Below are positions 8,879 to 16,926 of a DNA stretch of 34,820 nucleotides, piece by piece. The notes beneath the pieces were generated by a model. That model was not told the origin of the DNA. It saw nothing but the letters and a program-made list of their open reading frames with translations, and did not search any database. This DNA comes from an uncultured bacterium (GTDB lineage Bacteria > Macinerneyibacteriota > Macinerneyibacteria > Macinerneyibacteriales > DSCS01): positions 1-34,820 of the forward strand of contig CAZJQC010000014.1 in assembly GCA_964548195.1 (NCBI GenBank), given 5' to 3'. The translations under genes and the position numbers were made by a program. Position 1 is the stretch's first letter. Each line of letters starts with the position of its first letter.

Positions 8879-9289
8879 CTATCTTTTCTTATTCACTTGT
8901 AGCGAAATCTTCTTCATGCCGATCTTTTTCATCTCATCGAAGATATTCAACATCCATTCATACCTCGCGTTCTCATCCGTTTTGATGATGACGACGAGTT
9001 TGTCGTTTTCTTTCATCCTTGCCTGTATATAATTGGATATCGTACTCATATCTTCCATGGACTGATCATCGACATATGTCTCACCGGCACTGTTGATAAA
9101 TATCTTACAGAGGTTCTTTTTAGGTATCTTTGCCGATCCCTGCGCTTCACCGGGAAGCATGATCGACAGACCTTTGTCATTGAAGAAACCAGTGGTCACC
9201 ATAAAGAAGACCAACAGCAGAAATGCGATATCGGACATTGAAGAGTCCGGTATCCCGCCTCCTGATTTCAAGCGACTTTTCCGTAACAT
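8879..9289 (-). CDS. exbD: ExbD/TolR family protein (first copy)
   Basis: [29 protein letters not shown]. Confidence 0.9.
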   Translation of the reverse strand: MLRKSRLKSGGGIPDSSMSDIAFLLLVFFMVTTGFFNDKGLSIMLPGEAQGSAKIPKKNLCKIFINSAGETYVDDQSMEDMSTISNYIQARMKENDKLVVIIKTDENARYEWMLNIFDEMKKIGMKKISLQVNKKR

Positions 9290-9301
9290 ATGAACCCCCT
9301 A

Positions 9302-9925
9302 TCACTTTGCTGCTGACTGGGTCTTGAGAATCTCTAAAAACTCCCTGGTACTTTCTTCAACGCTAAGGATGATAGTGGACACTTTAGCGGTAAAATAGTT
9401 GTAGCAAAGGTTTATGGGTATTGACACGACAAGTCCGGAAGCCGTTGTTATCAAAGCTTCTGAAATACCGGAAGCAACAACAGTGGCTTCAACGCTTCCC
9501 GCCATGGCTATGGCGTCAAAAGCATGGATCATTCCGATAACTGTTCCCAGGAAACCGGTCATCGGCGCAATCGTAAAACCGGTAACAAGGAAAGTCAGGT
9601 TCTTTTCAAGGAAAGCCAATTCAGTATTGGCAACCGCTTCAATGGCCTTTTCGACTTCATCCATGTTTCCGTTGGACTGCTGATACTTCAACAGGCCCGC
9701 TCTCATTATTGAGGGCACGGGACCGGGTGTGACTTCACATACCTCAACGGCCTCGTCTACGTTACCCTGTACGAGATGCGATTTAAATTCAACAAGAAAT
9801 TTTTTCGCGGAGTTCGTAGCTTTTGTGTAAACGATAAATCTTTCGATAATTACTACCAAACTACCCAATGTTATCAAGGCTATGATATACATTGTAGCTC
9901 CACCTCTAGCAAATAGTTCCATCAT
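9302..9925 (-). CDS. exbB: ExbB/TolQ/MotA family proton channel
   Basis: APMTGFLGTVIGMI and GISEALITTASGL. AGGGAGG SD supports ATG 9925 rather than 9985. Confidence 0.92.
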   Translation of the reverse strand: MMELFARGGATMYIIALITLGSLVVIIERFIVYTKATNSAKKFLVEFKSHLVQGNVDEAVEVCEVTPGPVPSIMRAGLLKYQQSNGNMDEVEKAIEAVANTELAFLEKNLTFLVTGFTIAPMTGFLGTVIGMIHAFDAIAMAGSVEATVVASGISEALITTASGLVVSIPINLCYNYFTAKVSTIILSVEESTREFLEILKTQSAAK

Positions 9926-9956
9926 GATAAAAACCTCCCTATTCTGTTTTGAGTTA

Positions 9957-9985
9957 ATTATAATAACCTCTATTTGCATAGTCAA
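9957..9985 (-). promoter_or_regulatory. Near-consensus sigma70 promoter of exbB-exbD-exbD-tonB
   Basis: TTGACT (9980-9985), 17 nt, TATAAT (9957-9962). Confidence 0.75.
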
Positions 9986-10092
9986 TAAAAATATTCCGGC
10001 GGGATAATAATTTTAAAGCGCTTCGGAGAATCACATAAATATTATAGGCTTTTGTAAAGTCTATAATACGAATAACTTATAAATCTTAGGTC

Positions 10093-10638
10093 TTAGCGCC
10101 GCGCTCCCGTCAAAAGATGCAGCCTCTCAAGGGCAAAAAGAGCAAGCACGGCTTTGGCAAAATCATAGGGCAGAAATGCGATAATGCCGTATTTAATGAC
10201 ATTCATAATACTTACGTTCAGCGAAAGATAAATGTTCTTCACGATGTAAAGGCCCGCCCCGCCTATCATATATGCCGCCAGCACGCCGGACAGCAACACC
10301 GCCAGCCGCTTCGCGCGATGCGCGTCATGACGGTAGAGTTTTCCTATAAGCAGCGATGCGGGTATGAATCCCAGTATGTAACCGAATGTCGGATAAAGCG
10401 CATAACCGGGGCCGCCTCCCCCGCTGAACACGGGCAGGCCGGCAAGTCCGAGGACCGTATACAGCAACGGCGGCATCCATGCCGAAGGGCCGAGAAAAGC
10501 GGCCGCCGTGATGACGAAAAAAATCTGCATTGTAAGGGGCACGCCGCCGGGAAGCGGTATCCTGATCATACCGCCTGCAATGATAAGCGCCGTAAAAAGC
10601 GCCGCATATGTCATGTCCCTGGTGCTGCCTCCGCGCAT
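10093..10638 (-). CDS. bioY: Biotin transporter BioY (ECF S-component)
   Basis: VPLTMQ, GLAGLPVFSGG, PTFGYILGF, FLPYDFAK; very hydrophobic; AGGAG SD. Confidence 0.92.
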   Translation of the reverse strand: MRGGSTRDMTYAALFTALIIAGGMIRIPLPGGVPLTMQIFFVITAAAFLGPSAWMPPLLYTVLGLAGLPVFSGGGGPGYALYPTFGYILGFIPASLLIGKLYRHDAHRAKRLAVLLSGVLAAYMIGGAGLYIVKNIYLSLNVSIMNVIKYGIIAFLPYDFAKAVLALFALERLHLLTGARR

Positions 10639-11235
10639 CTATCTCCTTATAAAGGCGCAATTGCGTTTTTTCGTGCCGTTGCGCCTGTAGCTGAAAAGGG
10701 CGGCGTCGCATATGGTGCATCTCGGATCCGAAGATACCCCGGCCACGCCCTCCTCGTGTAATACCCTCTCTATATAAGCCCGGAGGTCAAGATAATAGCA
10801 TCCGCCTCGCGGGGCCACAAAATCCTCCAACCCGTTTCCAAGCATGGAAAAGACATCCTCGCGTATCTCATAACAGCATGCTCTGGCGCCGGGAAATATA
10901 TGAGCTCTGATATCGCGCGGCGCGCCCGCACGCTCCCGGAAAATATCAATGCCCTTGCTCACTATGCCGGCTGCGGCTCCGCGCCATCCGACATGAAGGT
11001 TCATGACAACGCCCGCCGAGGGCGACTCAAGCGCCACAGCGTTGCAGTCAGCGGTGCGTATTAAGAGATTGAGCCCCTTTTTATCCGTGTAAAGGCCGTC
11101 GCAATCCTCATACACGCCGGGCCCGCCGGCGTACAGTATGTTGTCCCCGTGCACCTGTCTGCAGAGGGCCGCGGGACAAAGGCGCCGCGCCGCTTCCGCA
11201 TCGGATGAAAAATCGTCTTCCAGGAAACCCTTCAA
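10639..11235 (-). CDS. pgeF: YfiH/PgeF family (laccase-domain, purine nucleoside phosphorylase-like) protein with a short N-terminus
   Basis: QVHG, DGLYT, TADC, HVGWRG, CCYE, CTIC, FSYRR. The TTG start is uncertain. Confidence 0.85.
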   Translation of the reverse strand: MKGFLEDDFSSDAEAARRLCPAALCRQVHGDNILYAGGPGVYEDCDGLYTDKKGLNLLIRTADCNAVALESPSAGVVMNLHVGWRGAAAGIVSKGIDIFRERAGAPRDIRAHIFPGARACCYEIREDVFSMLGNGLEDFVAPRGGCYYLDLRAYIERVLHEEGVAGVSSDPRCTICDAALFSYRRNGTKKRNCAFIRR

Positions 11236-11254
11236 AACGCATCCCGCCGCAATA

Positions 11255-14200
11255 TCAATCGCCGAACTTCGGCCAGCAGCAGTTCTTGTATTTTTTACCG
11301 CTGCCGCAGGGGCACGGCTCGTTTCTGCCGACCTTCTGGGCCTTGACGATCGTGGTGCCTTTGCGTTTCCTGTTTTCGCCCGAATTGCCCGTAGTGGTAT
11401 ACTGCAGGTCCTTTGTCTCGTCCTCCATGGGCAGCGCGCCTTTTTTCTCGATCTTGAGATGGAATATCTGCCTGATGATGTTCCGCTCTATCACGCTGTC
11501 CAGCTCGGAGAACATCTCGAAAGACTCCTTTTTATACTCAAACAACGGGTCCTTCTGAGCGTATGCCCTGAGGTTTATTCCTTCCATAAGATTATCGATC
11601 GCGTAGAGATGCTCTCTCCAGTTGCCGTCAAAGTTCGTCAAAAACACTATGCGCGATATCTCGCGCAGAGTCTCCTCGCCAACCAATGACGACATCTCGT
11701 CGTACATGGAACGCACGCTCCTTACCGCTTTTTCAATGATGCCGTCGCGATCGGTGTCACGGTCGTTGTCAAAGACAAACCTCAACGCGAAAAACTCTGA
11801 CAGGTAATCCGCAAGACCTTCATAGTCCCAGTCATAGCTTCGCATCTCTTTGGGGCAGTACATATCCACGCCGTATTCAACTATGTTGTCTATCATATTG
11901 AAGACTTCGCCCTTGAGCAGGTCGGAATCCGATATGTGCAGTCTGCCCTCTTCTTCGCCTACCATCTCGTATTTCACAAGCAGGTCGTAGACAAAACGCT
12001 CAAATCCCTTGGCGGCTATATGCTCTTTCAATGCCGGCAGGTCCGCGAAATCACGTTTGTCCGTCGCGTCAAAAAATTCCTTCAGATATACGGCTTCCAG
12101 CACGAAATTCCTGTTTTCATATATTACGGCGCGCTGCTTGTTCATCACATCATCATATTCCAGCGTGTGTTTACGTATCTGAAAATTGCGGTGCTCAACC
12201 TTTTTCTGCGCGTTTTCTATCTGTCTGGAGATCAGGGGATGCTCTATAGACTGCCCCTCCTCCATATTAAGTTTGTCCAGCACGCCGATGATCCTGTCCG
12301 AACCGAACAGCCTCATAAGATTGTCTTCCAGCGAGACAAAAAATTTCGACTGGCCCGGATCGCCCTGTCTTCCGCTTCGCCCTCTGAGCTGGCGGTCAAT
12401 ACGCCTGGACTCATGTCTTTCCGTGCCTATGACATACAACCCGCACGGCACATCCCTCTCGCATTCCTTTATATCCATGCCGTTTTCCGGCACGCCGCCG
12501 CTGAGCAGATGGCATTCGGGGCATTTTCTGACCGATTCGCCAAGCTTTATATCCGTACCTCGCCCGGCCATGTTGGTGGCGATGGTGACGGCGCCCTCCT
12601 GGCCGGCGGAAGCTATTATCTCGGCTTCCCTCTGATGGTTTTTGGCGTTCAGCACATTGGCCTTTATGCCCTTTTTCACCAGCAGCCTGGCAAGTTTTTC
12701 CGAATCTTCCACGGATACCGTTCCAACGAGTATGGGCTGTCCCAGGGTGTTCTTCCTTATGATCTCGTCTATCACGGCATCGAACTTTTCCCTCTTCGTC
12801 TTATATATGAGATCGTTGTAGTCCTTTCGCCTGACGGGCCTGTTGGTGGGCACAAGTATGACCTCCATGCCGTATATCTCCTTGAACTCTGCCGATTCCG
12901 TGACCGCGGTGCCCGTCATGCCGGAGAGTTTGTCATACATGCGGAAAAAGTTCTGCAATGTGATCGTGGCAAAAGTCTGCGTCTCGCCCTCTATGGTCAC
13001 GTTTTCCTTGGCTTCCAAAGCCTGATGCAGCCCGTCGCTGAAACGCCTTCCCGGCATAAGCCGTCCGGTGTACTCGTCGACTATCATGACCTTGCTTTCC
13101 TGCACCACATAATCGACATCCCTGTCAAACAGAGAATAGGCCCTCAACAGCTGACTCACCGCATGCAGCACTTCGCTCTTTTCGGAATAATCTCGCTGTA
13201 TTTTCCTTTTGAGGCTCTCCCTTTCGGATTCTTCATGGCCTTCCTCGTCAACCCGCGCGAACTCGCTTCCTATATCCGTGAGTTCAAAAAGGGCGGGATT
13301 GTCGGGAGACAACAGCTTTCTGCCGTCCTCAGTGAGGTCTGCGACATGCCTTTTTTCGTCTATCACATAAAAAAGGTCGTCTTCGAGCAGATGCAGCGCT
13401 TTGTCCCGAAGATACAGCATCTCCGTATCGCCTATTAGGCGCATGATCGATGTCTCCTGTTTCAGCTTCATGAGGCGGTCATGCCTGGGCAGCCCCTTCT
13501 CCGCAGTGAGCAGCAGACGTCCGGCCTCGGCGGTCTCCCCTTTTTCAAGCAGCGCCTCCGCGTCTCTGACCAGTTTTGACACTTTCTCCTTTTGGGCTGC
13601 CACAAGCTTCCTTACCCTGGGGTTATAATCCCTGAAAAAGGAATTGTTGCTCCGTTTTACCGGGCCCGATATTATAAGCGGTGTCCTGGCCTCGTCTATA
13701 AGAATGGAGTCGACCTCATCTATTATCGCAAACTCCCTGTATTTCTGTACCTGTTCGTGCACGGATCCGACCATATTGTCCCTGAGATAATCAAATCCGA
13801 ACTCACTGTTTGTACCGTAGACGATGTCATGCGCGTAGACCTTTTTTCTGTCTTCGGTGTTCATGCCGTTCTGCAGACATGAAACGGTCACTCCCAGCGT
13901 CCTGTACACAAGGCCCATCCACTGGCTGTCACGAAGCGCGAGGTAATCATTTACCGTGATGATGTGGACGCGGCTGTCCAGGGCGTTCAAGTAAGCGGGC
14001 ATGGTCGCGACCAGGGTCTTACCTTCGCCCGTGGCCATCTCGGCTATGTGTCCGTCGTTGATGACCATGCCTCCGATAAGCTGCACGTCGAACGGCACCA
14101 TGTCCCACGCCTTTTTCTGCCCCGCCACCTCGGCCTCTACACCATGCTCCTTCAAATATGAGCAGACCCTTTTCACCAGCGCGAACGCCTCGGGCAGCAT

Positions 14201-14389
14201 TGCGTCCCGATCCTCGCCTGCGGCAAGCCTTTGCCTGAAATCGGCGGTCATGCGTTTGAAATCCTCTTCCTTCGTCAGGGTTTTTTCGTATTCTTCATAC
14301 CATCCGTTGACTTCTTCGGTCTTTTTCGCGTATTGTCTCGTCACTTTTTCCTGATAATCCCCGAAAAGGATCTTTAGAATATTCGCCAT
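11255..14389 (-). CDS. secA: Preprotein translocase ATPase SecA
   Basis: EMATGEGKT, VNDYLA, DEVDSILIDEARTPLIISG, ATNMAGRGTDI, QLRGRSGRQGDPG, C-terminal SEC-C CPCGSGKKYKNCC. Start is ATG 14389, or GTG 14398. Confidence 0.98.
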   Translation of the reverse strand: MANILKILFGDYQEKVTRQYAKKTEEVNGWYEEYEKTLTKEEDFKRMTADFRQRLAAGEDRDAMLPEAFALVKRVCSYLKEHGVEAEVAGQKKAWDMVPFDVQLIGGMVINDGHIAEMATGEGKTLVATMPAYLNALDSRVHIITVNDYLALRDSQWMGLVYRTLGVTVSCLQNGMNTEDRKKVYAHDIVYGTNSEFGFDYLRDNMVGSVHEQVQKYREFAIIDEVDSILIDEARTPLIISGPVKRSNNSFFRDYNPRVRKLVAAQKEKVSKLVRDAEALLEKGETAEAGRLLLTAEKGLPRHDRLMKLKQETSIMRLIGDTEMLYLRDKALHLLEDDLFYVIDEKRHVADLTEDGRKLLSPDNPALFELTDIGSEFARVDEEGHEESERESLKRKIQRDYSEKSEVLHAVSQLLRAYSLFDRDVDYVVQESKVMIVDEYTGRLMPGRRFSDGLHQALEAKENVTIEGETQTFATITLQNFFRMYDKLSGMTGTAVTESAEFKEIYGMEVILVPTNRPVRRKDYNDLIYKTKREKFDAVIDEIIRKNTLGQPILVGTVSVEDSEKLARLLVKKGIKANVLNAKNHQREAEIIASAGQEGAVTIATNMAGRGTDIKLGESVRKCPECHLLSGGVPENGMDIKECERDVPCGLYVIGTERHESRRIDRQLRGRSGRQGDPGQSKFFVSLEDNLMRLFGSDRIIGVLDKLNMEEGQSIEHPLISRQIENAQKKVEHRNFQIRKHTLEYDDVMNKQRAVIYENRNFVLEAVYLKEFFDATDKRDFADLPALKEHIAAKGFERFVYDLLVKYEMVGEEEGRLHISDSDLLKGEVFNMIDNIVEYGVDMYCPKEMRSYDWDYEGLADYLSEFFALRFVFDNDRDTDRDGIIEKAVRSVRSMYDEMSSLVGEETLREISRIVFLTNFDGNWREHLYAIDNLMEGINLRAYAQKDPLFEYKKESFEMFSELDSVIERNIIRQIFHLKIEKKGALPMEDETKDLQYTTTGNSGENRKRKGTTIVKAQKVGRNEPCPCGSGKKYKNCCWPKFGD

Positions 14390-14398
14390 CCTTCGCAC

Positions 14399-15343
14399 CT
14401 ACCTTAATATTTTAAGGGGATTGATACTCTCCCCGTTGATCCTGGCTTCAAAATGAAGATGAGGACCGGTGGATCTGCCGGTCATGCCGACAAACCCGAT
14501 CAAATCGCCTTTTTTCACTGTACTGCCGGTCAAGACCGACCTTACGCTCAGATGGGCGTACCTTGTCGAGACGCCCCTGCCGTGTGATATTATAATCAGA
14601 TTCCCGTATTCCCTGACCATGCCGCTCCACGTCACTGTTCCCTCTTCCGCGGAGTACACCGGCGTGCCGGCCCTGCCCCCGAGGTCTATTCCGTGGTGGA
14701 AGTACACGCTCCCGTCGATCGGGTCCCAGCGTTTGCCGTAATAAGAAGTAAGCCTGGCATCCTGCACGGGCCAGCCAAAGGAAAGGCCTCTGGCGGTTAT
14801 TTGTCTTTTTATTATATTCTTTTCCTCATTTGTCAAAAACCAGCTGATATCCTTCATGCCGGATTCCAGAGCCAGATAAGACTCGTTGAAAACGCCCGTA
14901 TCGCCTTTGTCAAACATCATGCTGAGTTCCTCATAACGGGTTCCGCCGACTCCGCCCCCGGTATCGGCGGCTGCCGCGATACCGTAAAGTCCCGCTATAT
15001 GCTCGATCTTATCCTTCAGGTCGTCAAAGGATTCTTTTGTCTTCCGCCGCCAGTCCATAAAACTGAATGTCACCTCGCGCAGCCGTGAGCAGGTATCGTC
15101 AAGTTCCCTGCGTATCTTAAGGTTTTGCTTCATCACGGATTCATATTCACGCCGCAGCGGAGACACCGACCTTTTCATGTCGAAATAATCGTCAAACAAC
15201 AGTACCGCCACCACTGCCAGGGACATAAAAAGGCCCAGCAACAGCGAGACAGCCGATCTGAGCCTGCGCCTGCCGAGCGAAAAACGGCGGATTTCCTCGG
15301 TATCTTCGGAAACTATGATCACATGGTATTTTTTATCTGCCAT
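14399..15343 (-). CDS. M23 family peptidoglycan endopeptidase (TM, coiled coil, M23)
   Basis: HHGIDL (HxxxD), YAHL, GRSTGPHLHFE (HxH). Confidence 0.9.
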   Translation of the reverse strand: MADKKYHVIIVSEDTEEIRRFSLGRRRLRSAVSLLLGLFMSLAVVAVLLFDDYFDMKRSVSPLRREYESVMKQNLKIRRELDDTCSRLREVTFSFMDWRRKTKESFDDLKDKIEHIAGLYGIAAAADTGGGVGGTRYEELSMMFDKGDTGVFNESYLALESGMKDISWFLTNEEKNIIKRQITARGLSFGWPVQDARLTSYYGKRWDPIDGSVYFHHGIDLGGRAGTPVYSAEEGTVTWSGMVREYGNLIIISHGRGVSTRYAHLSVRSVLTGSTVKKGDLIGFVGMTGRSTGPHLHFEARINGESINPLKILR

Positions 15344-16274
15344 TTAACCGGGATACACTCCTTAGGATTTTATTTTCTTCGGGTATAAGATATTTCATCG
15401 GGTCTTCGATCTTTCCGTTATGGAAGACCTCATAATGCAGATGCGTGCCGGTGCTCTTCCCGGTATCCCCCATTATGCCTATCAGCTGTCCTTTCGAGAC
15501 ATACTGCCCTTTCCTCACCTTTATCTGGTCCATATGCCCGTATCGCGTCTCATAGCCGAAGCCGTGTTCTATCATGACGACATTACCGTACACCCCGAAC
15601 CAGCCGGCATACACCACGTAACCGTTGGCGGAGGCTTTTATGGCCGTGTCCGGCATATTCGCTATGTCAAGGCCCGTGTGGAATTCCTTTTGCCCCGAAA
15701 AGGGGGACGCCCTCCACCCGAATTTTGATGATATCCATCCGTCGGCAGGCCATATGGTGGGAACATGCTCCCATTTTTGTATGCTGTTTTCCATCTTTTC
15801 GACCACTTTGTAAAAACCGCTTTTAAGCAGGTTCAGCTTCAGGTCCACCTGTGAAAAGACGATGTTAAAATCTGTTGTGAGGGAATCCTCATCGACCGTC
15901 TCGAAGGCTTTCTCGCTGGAAAGGCCGATGCCTCCCATTGAGAGGTTTTCCTGCTTTGCGAATATGGGCGGCAGTGAGTTCAATATCAGGACATTGTCGC
16001 AGATCTCCTGCAGGTCCACAAGTTTATCGTCATATGTCCTGAGCCTGTCATCCAGCTTGCGGTAGTTTTTCTTCAGATTCCTGTTCCTGGCCTTCAGCAC
16101 AGTCACGGTGCCCTTAAGACGTTCCTTGTCCATAAGGTCCGCGACATCGAACAACGCCACGAATACGATCAGGAACACTCCCGTGACCATCACCCAGAAC
16201 AGATAGACCGGAACGTCTATCTGCCAAACCCTTCTGTTTGAAGGGGGCATGATCCTGACTGTGAATTTTTTCAT
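15333..16274 (-). CDS. M23 family peptidoglycan endopeptidase (TM, coiled coil, M23)
   Basis: PTIWP, HTGLD, YGHM, GKSTGTHLHYEV. Confidence 0.9.
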   Translation of the reverse strand: MKKFTVRIMPPSNRRVWQIDVPVYLFWVMVTGVFLIVFVALFDVADLMDKERLKGTVTVLKARNRNLKKNYRKLDDRLRTYDDKLVDLQEICDNVLILNSLPPIFAKQENLSMGGIGLSSEKAFETVDEDSLTTDFNIVFSQVDLKLNLLKSGFYKVVEKMENSIQKWEHVPTIWPADGWISSKFGWRASPFSGQKEFHTGLDIANMPDTAIKASANGYVVYAGWFGVYGNVVMIEHGFGYETRYGHMDQIKVRKGQYVSKGQLIGIMGDTGKSTGTHLHYEVFHNGKIEDPMKYLIPEENKILRSVSRLNGR

Positions 16275-16275
16275 A

Positions 16276-16926
16276 TCATCTCCCTTTTTTGTATATGTTG
16301 TTTGTTATCGTAAGGCCGGCGGCGTCTTTTTTTACTTTCATATCCCCCGGAACGGCGGATATGCCGCCTGCATCCCTGAACAATGACATTATCGTATCCA
16401 CATAGCGCATCGTCTCAGGATAAGGGGGTATGCCGTTATACATCTCAACAGCCGTGGGCCCCGCATTATAAGCCGCGAGGGCATATTCCAGATTTCCGCC
16501 GAAACGGCCGTGCAGATATTTAAGATACCTGACCCCCGCACTGATATTCTCCTGTATGTCAAAAGGATTTTTCACGCCCAGTCGATCGGCGGTGTCGGGC
16601 ATAAGCTGCATAAGGCCCATGGCGCCGACCCTTGAGACGGCATAAGGCTGGAACCTTGATTCCACCTGCACCACGGCTTCTATGAGCCTGTGATCCATGT
16701 TTTGTTCCCTGCATATGCTCGCGATAAGTCCGCGTATGGTATCATGGCTCCCGGATCCCGCATTGACATACCTGAAGCCTTCGTCCTCGATCTGGCCGCC
16801 GGCATTGCCGGACGCGCTGCCGTCAATGATCATCTGTCTCGAATCTTCATGCCTTATGACGATCTCGCCGTACAAGGCGGCAAAACACAGGAATGTCGTC
16901 ACGAAAAGCGATACGGCTATTTTCAT
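16276..16926 (-). CDS. Soluble lytic transglycosylase (SLT domain), exported
   Basis: Signal peptide; QVESRF (catalytic Glu), GAMGLMQLMP, AAYNAG, PPYPET..YV. Confidence 0.92.
   Translation of the reverse strand: MKIAVSLFVTTFLCFAALYGEIVIRHEDSRQMIIDGSASGNAGGQIEDEGFRYVNAGSGSHDTIRGLIASICREQNMDHRLIEAVVQVESRFQPYAVSRVGAMGLMQLMPDTADRLGVKNPFDIQENISAGVRYLKYLHGRFGGNLEYALAAYNAGPTAVEMYNGIPPYPETMRYVDTIMSLFRDAGGISAVPGDMKVKKDAAGLTITNNIYKKGR

Noticed and set aside
8793..9238. Direct repeat GCGATATCGGACAT at 8793-8806 and 9225-9238
   Set aside because: Explained by the shared TM motif of the two exbD paralogues.
11936..13438. 500-aa plus-strand ORF antisense to secA
   Set aside because: A shadow frame of a conserved gene, with no recognisable motifs.
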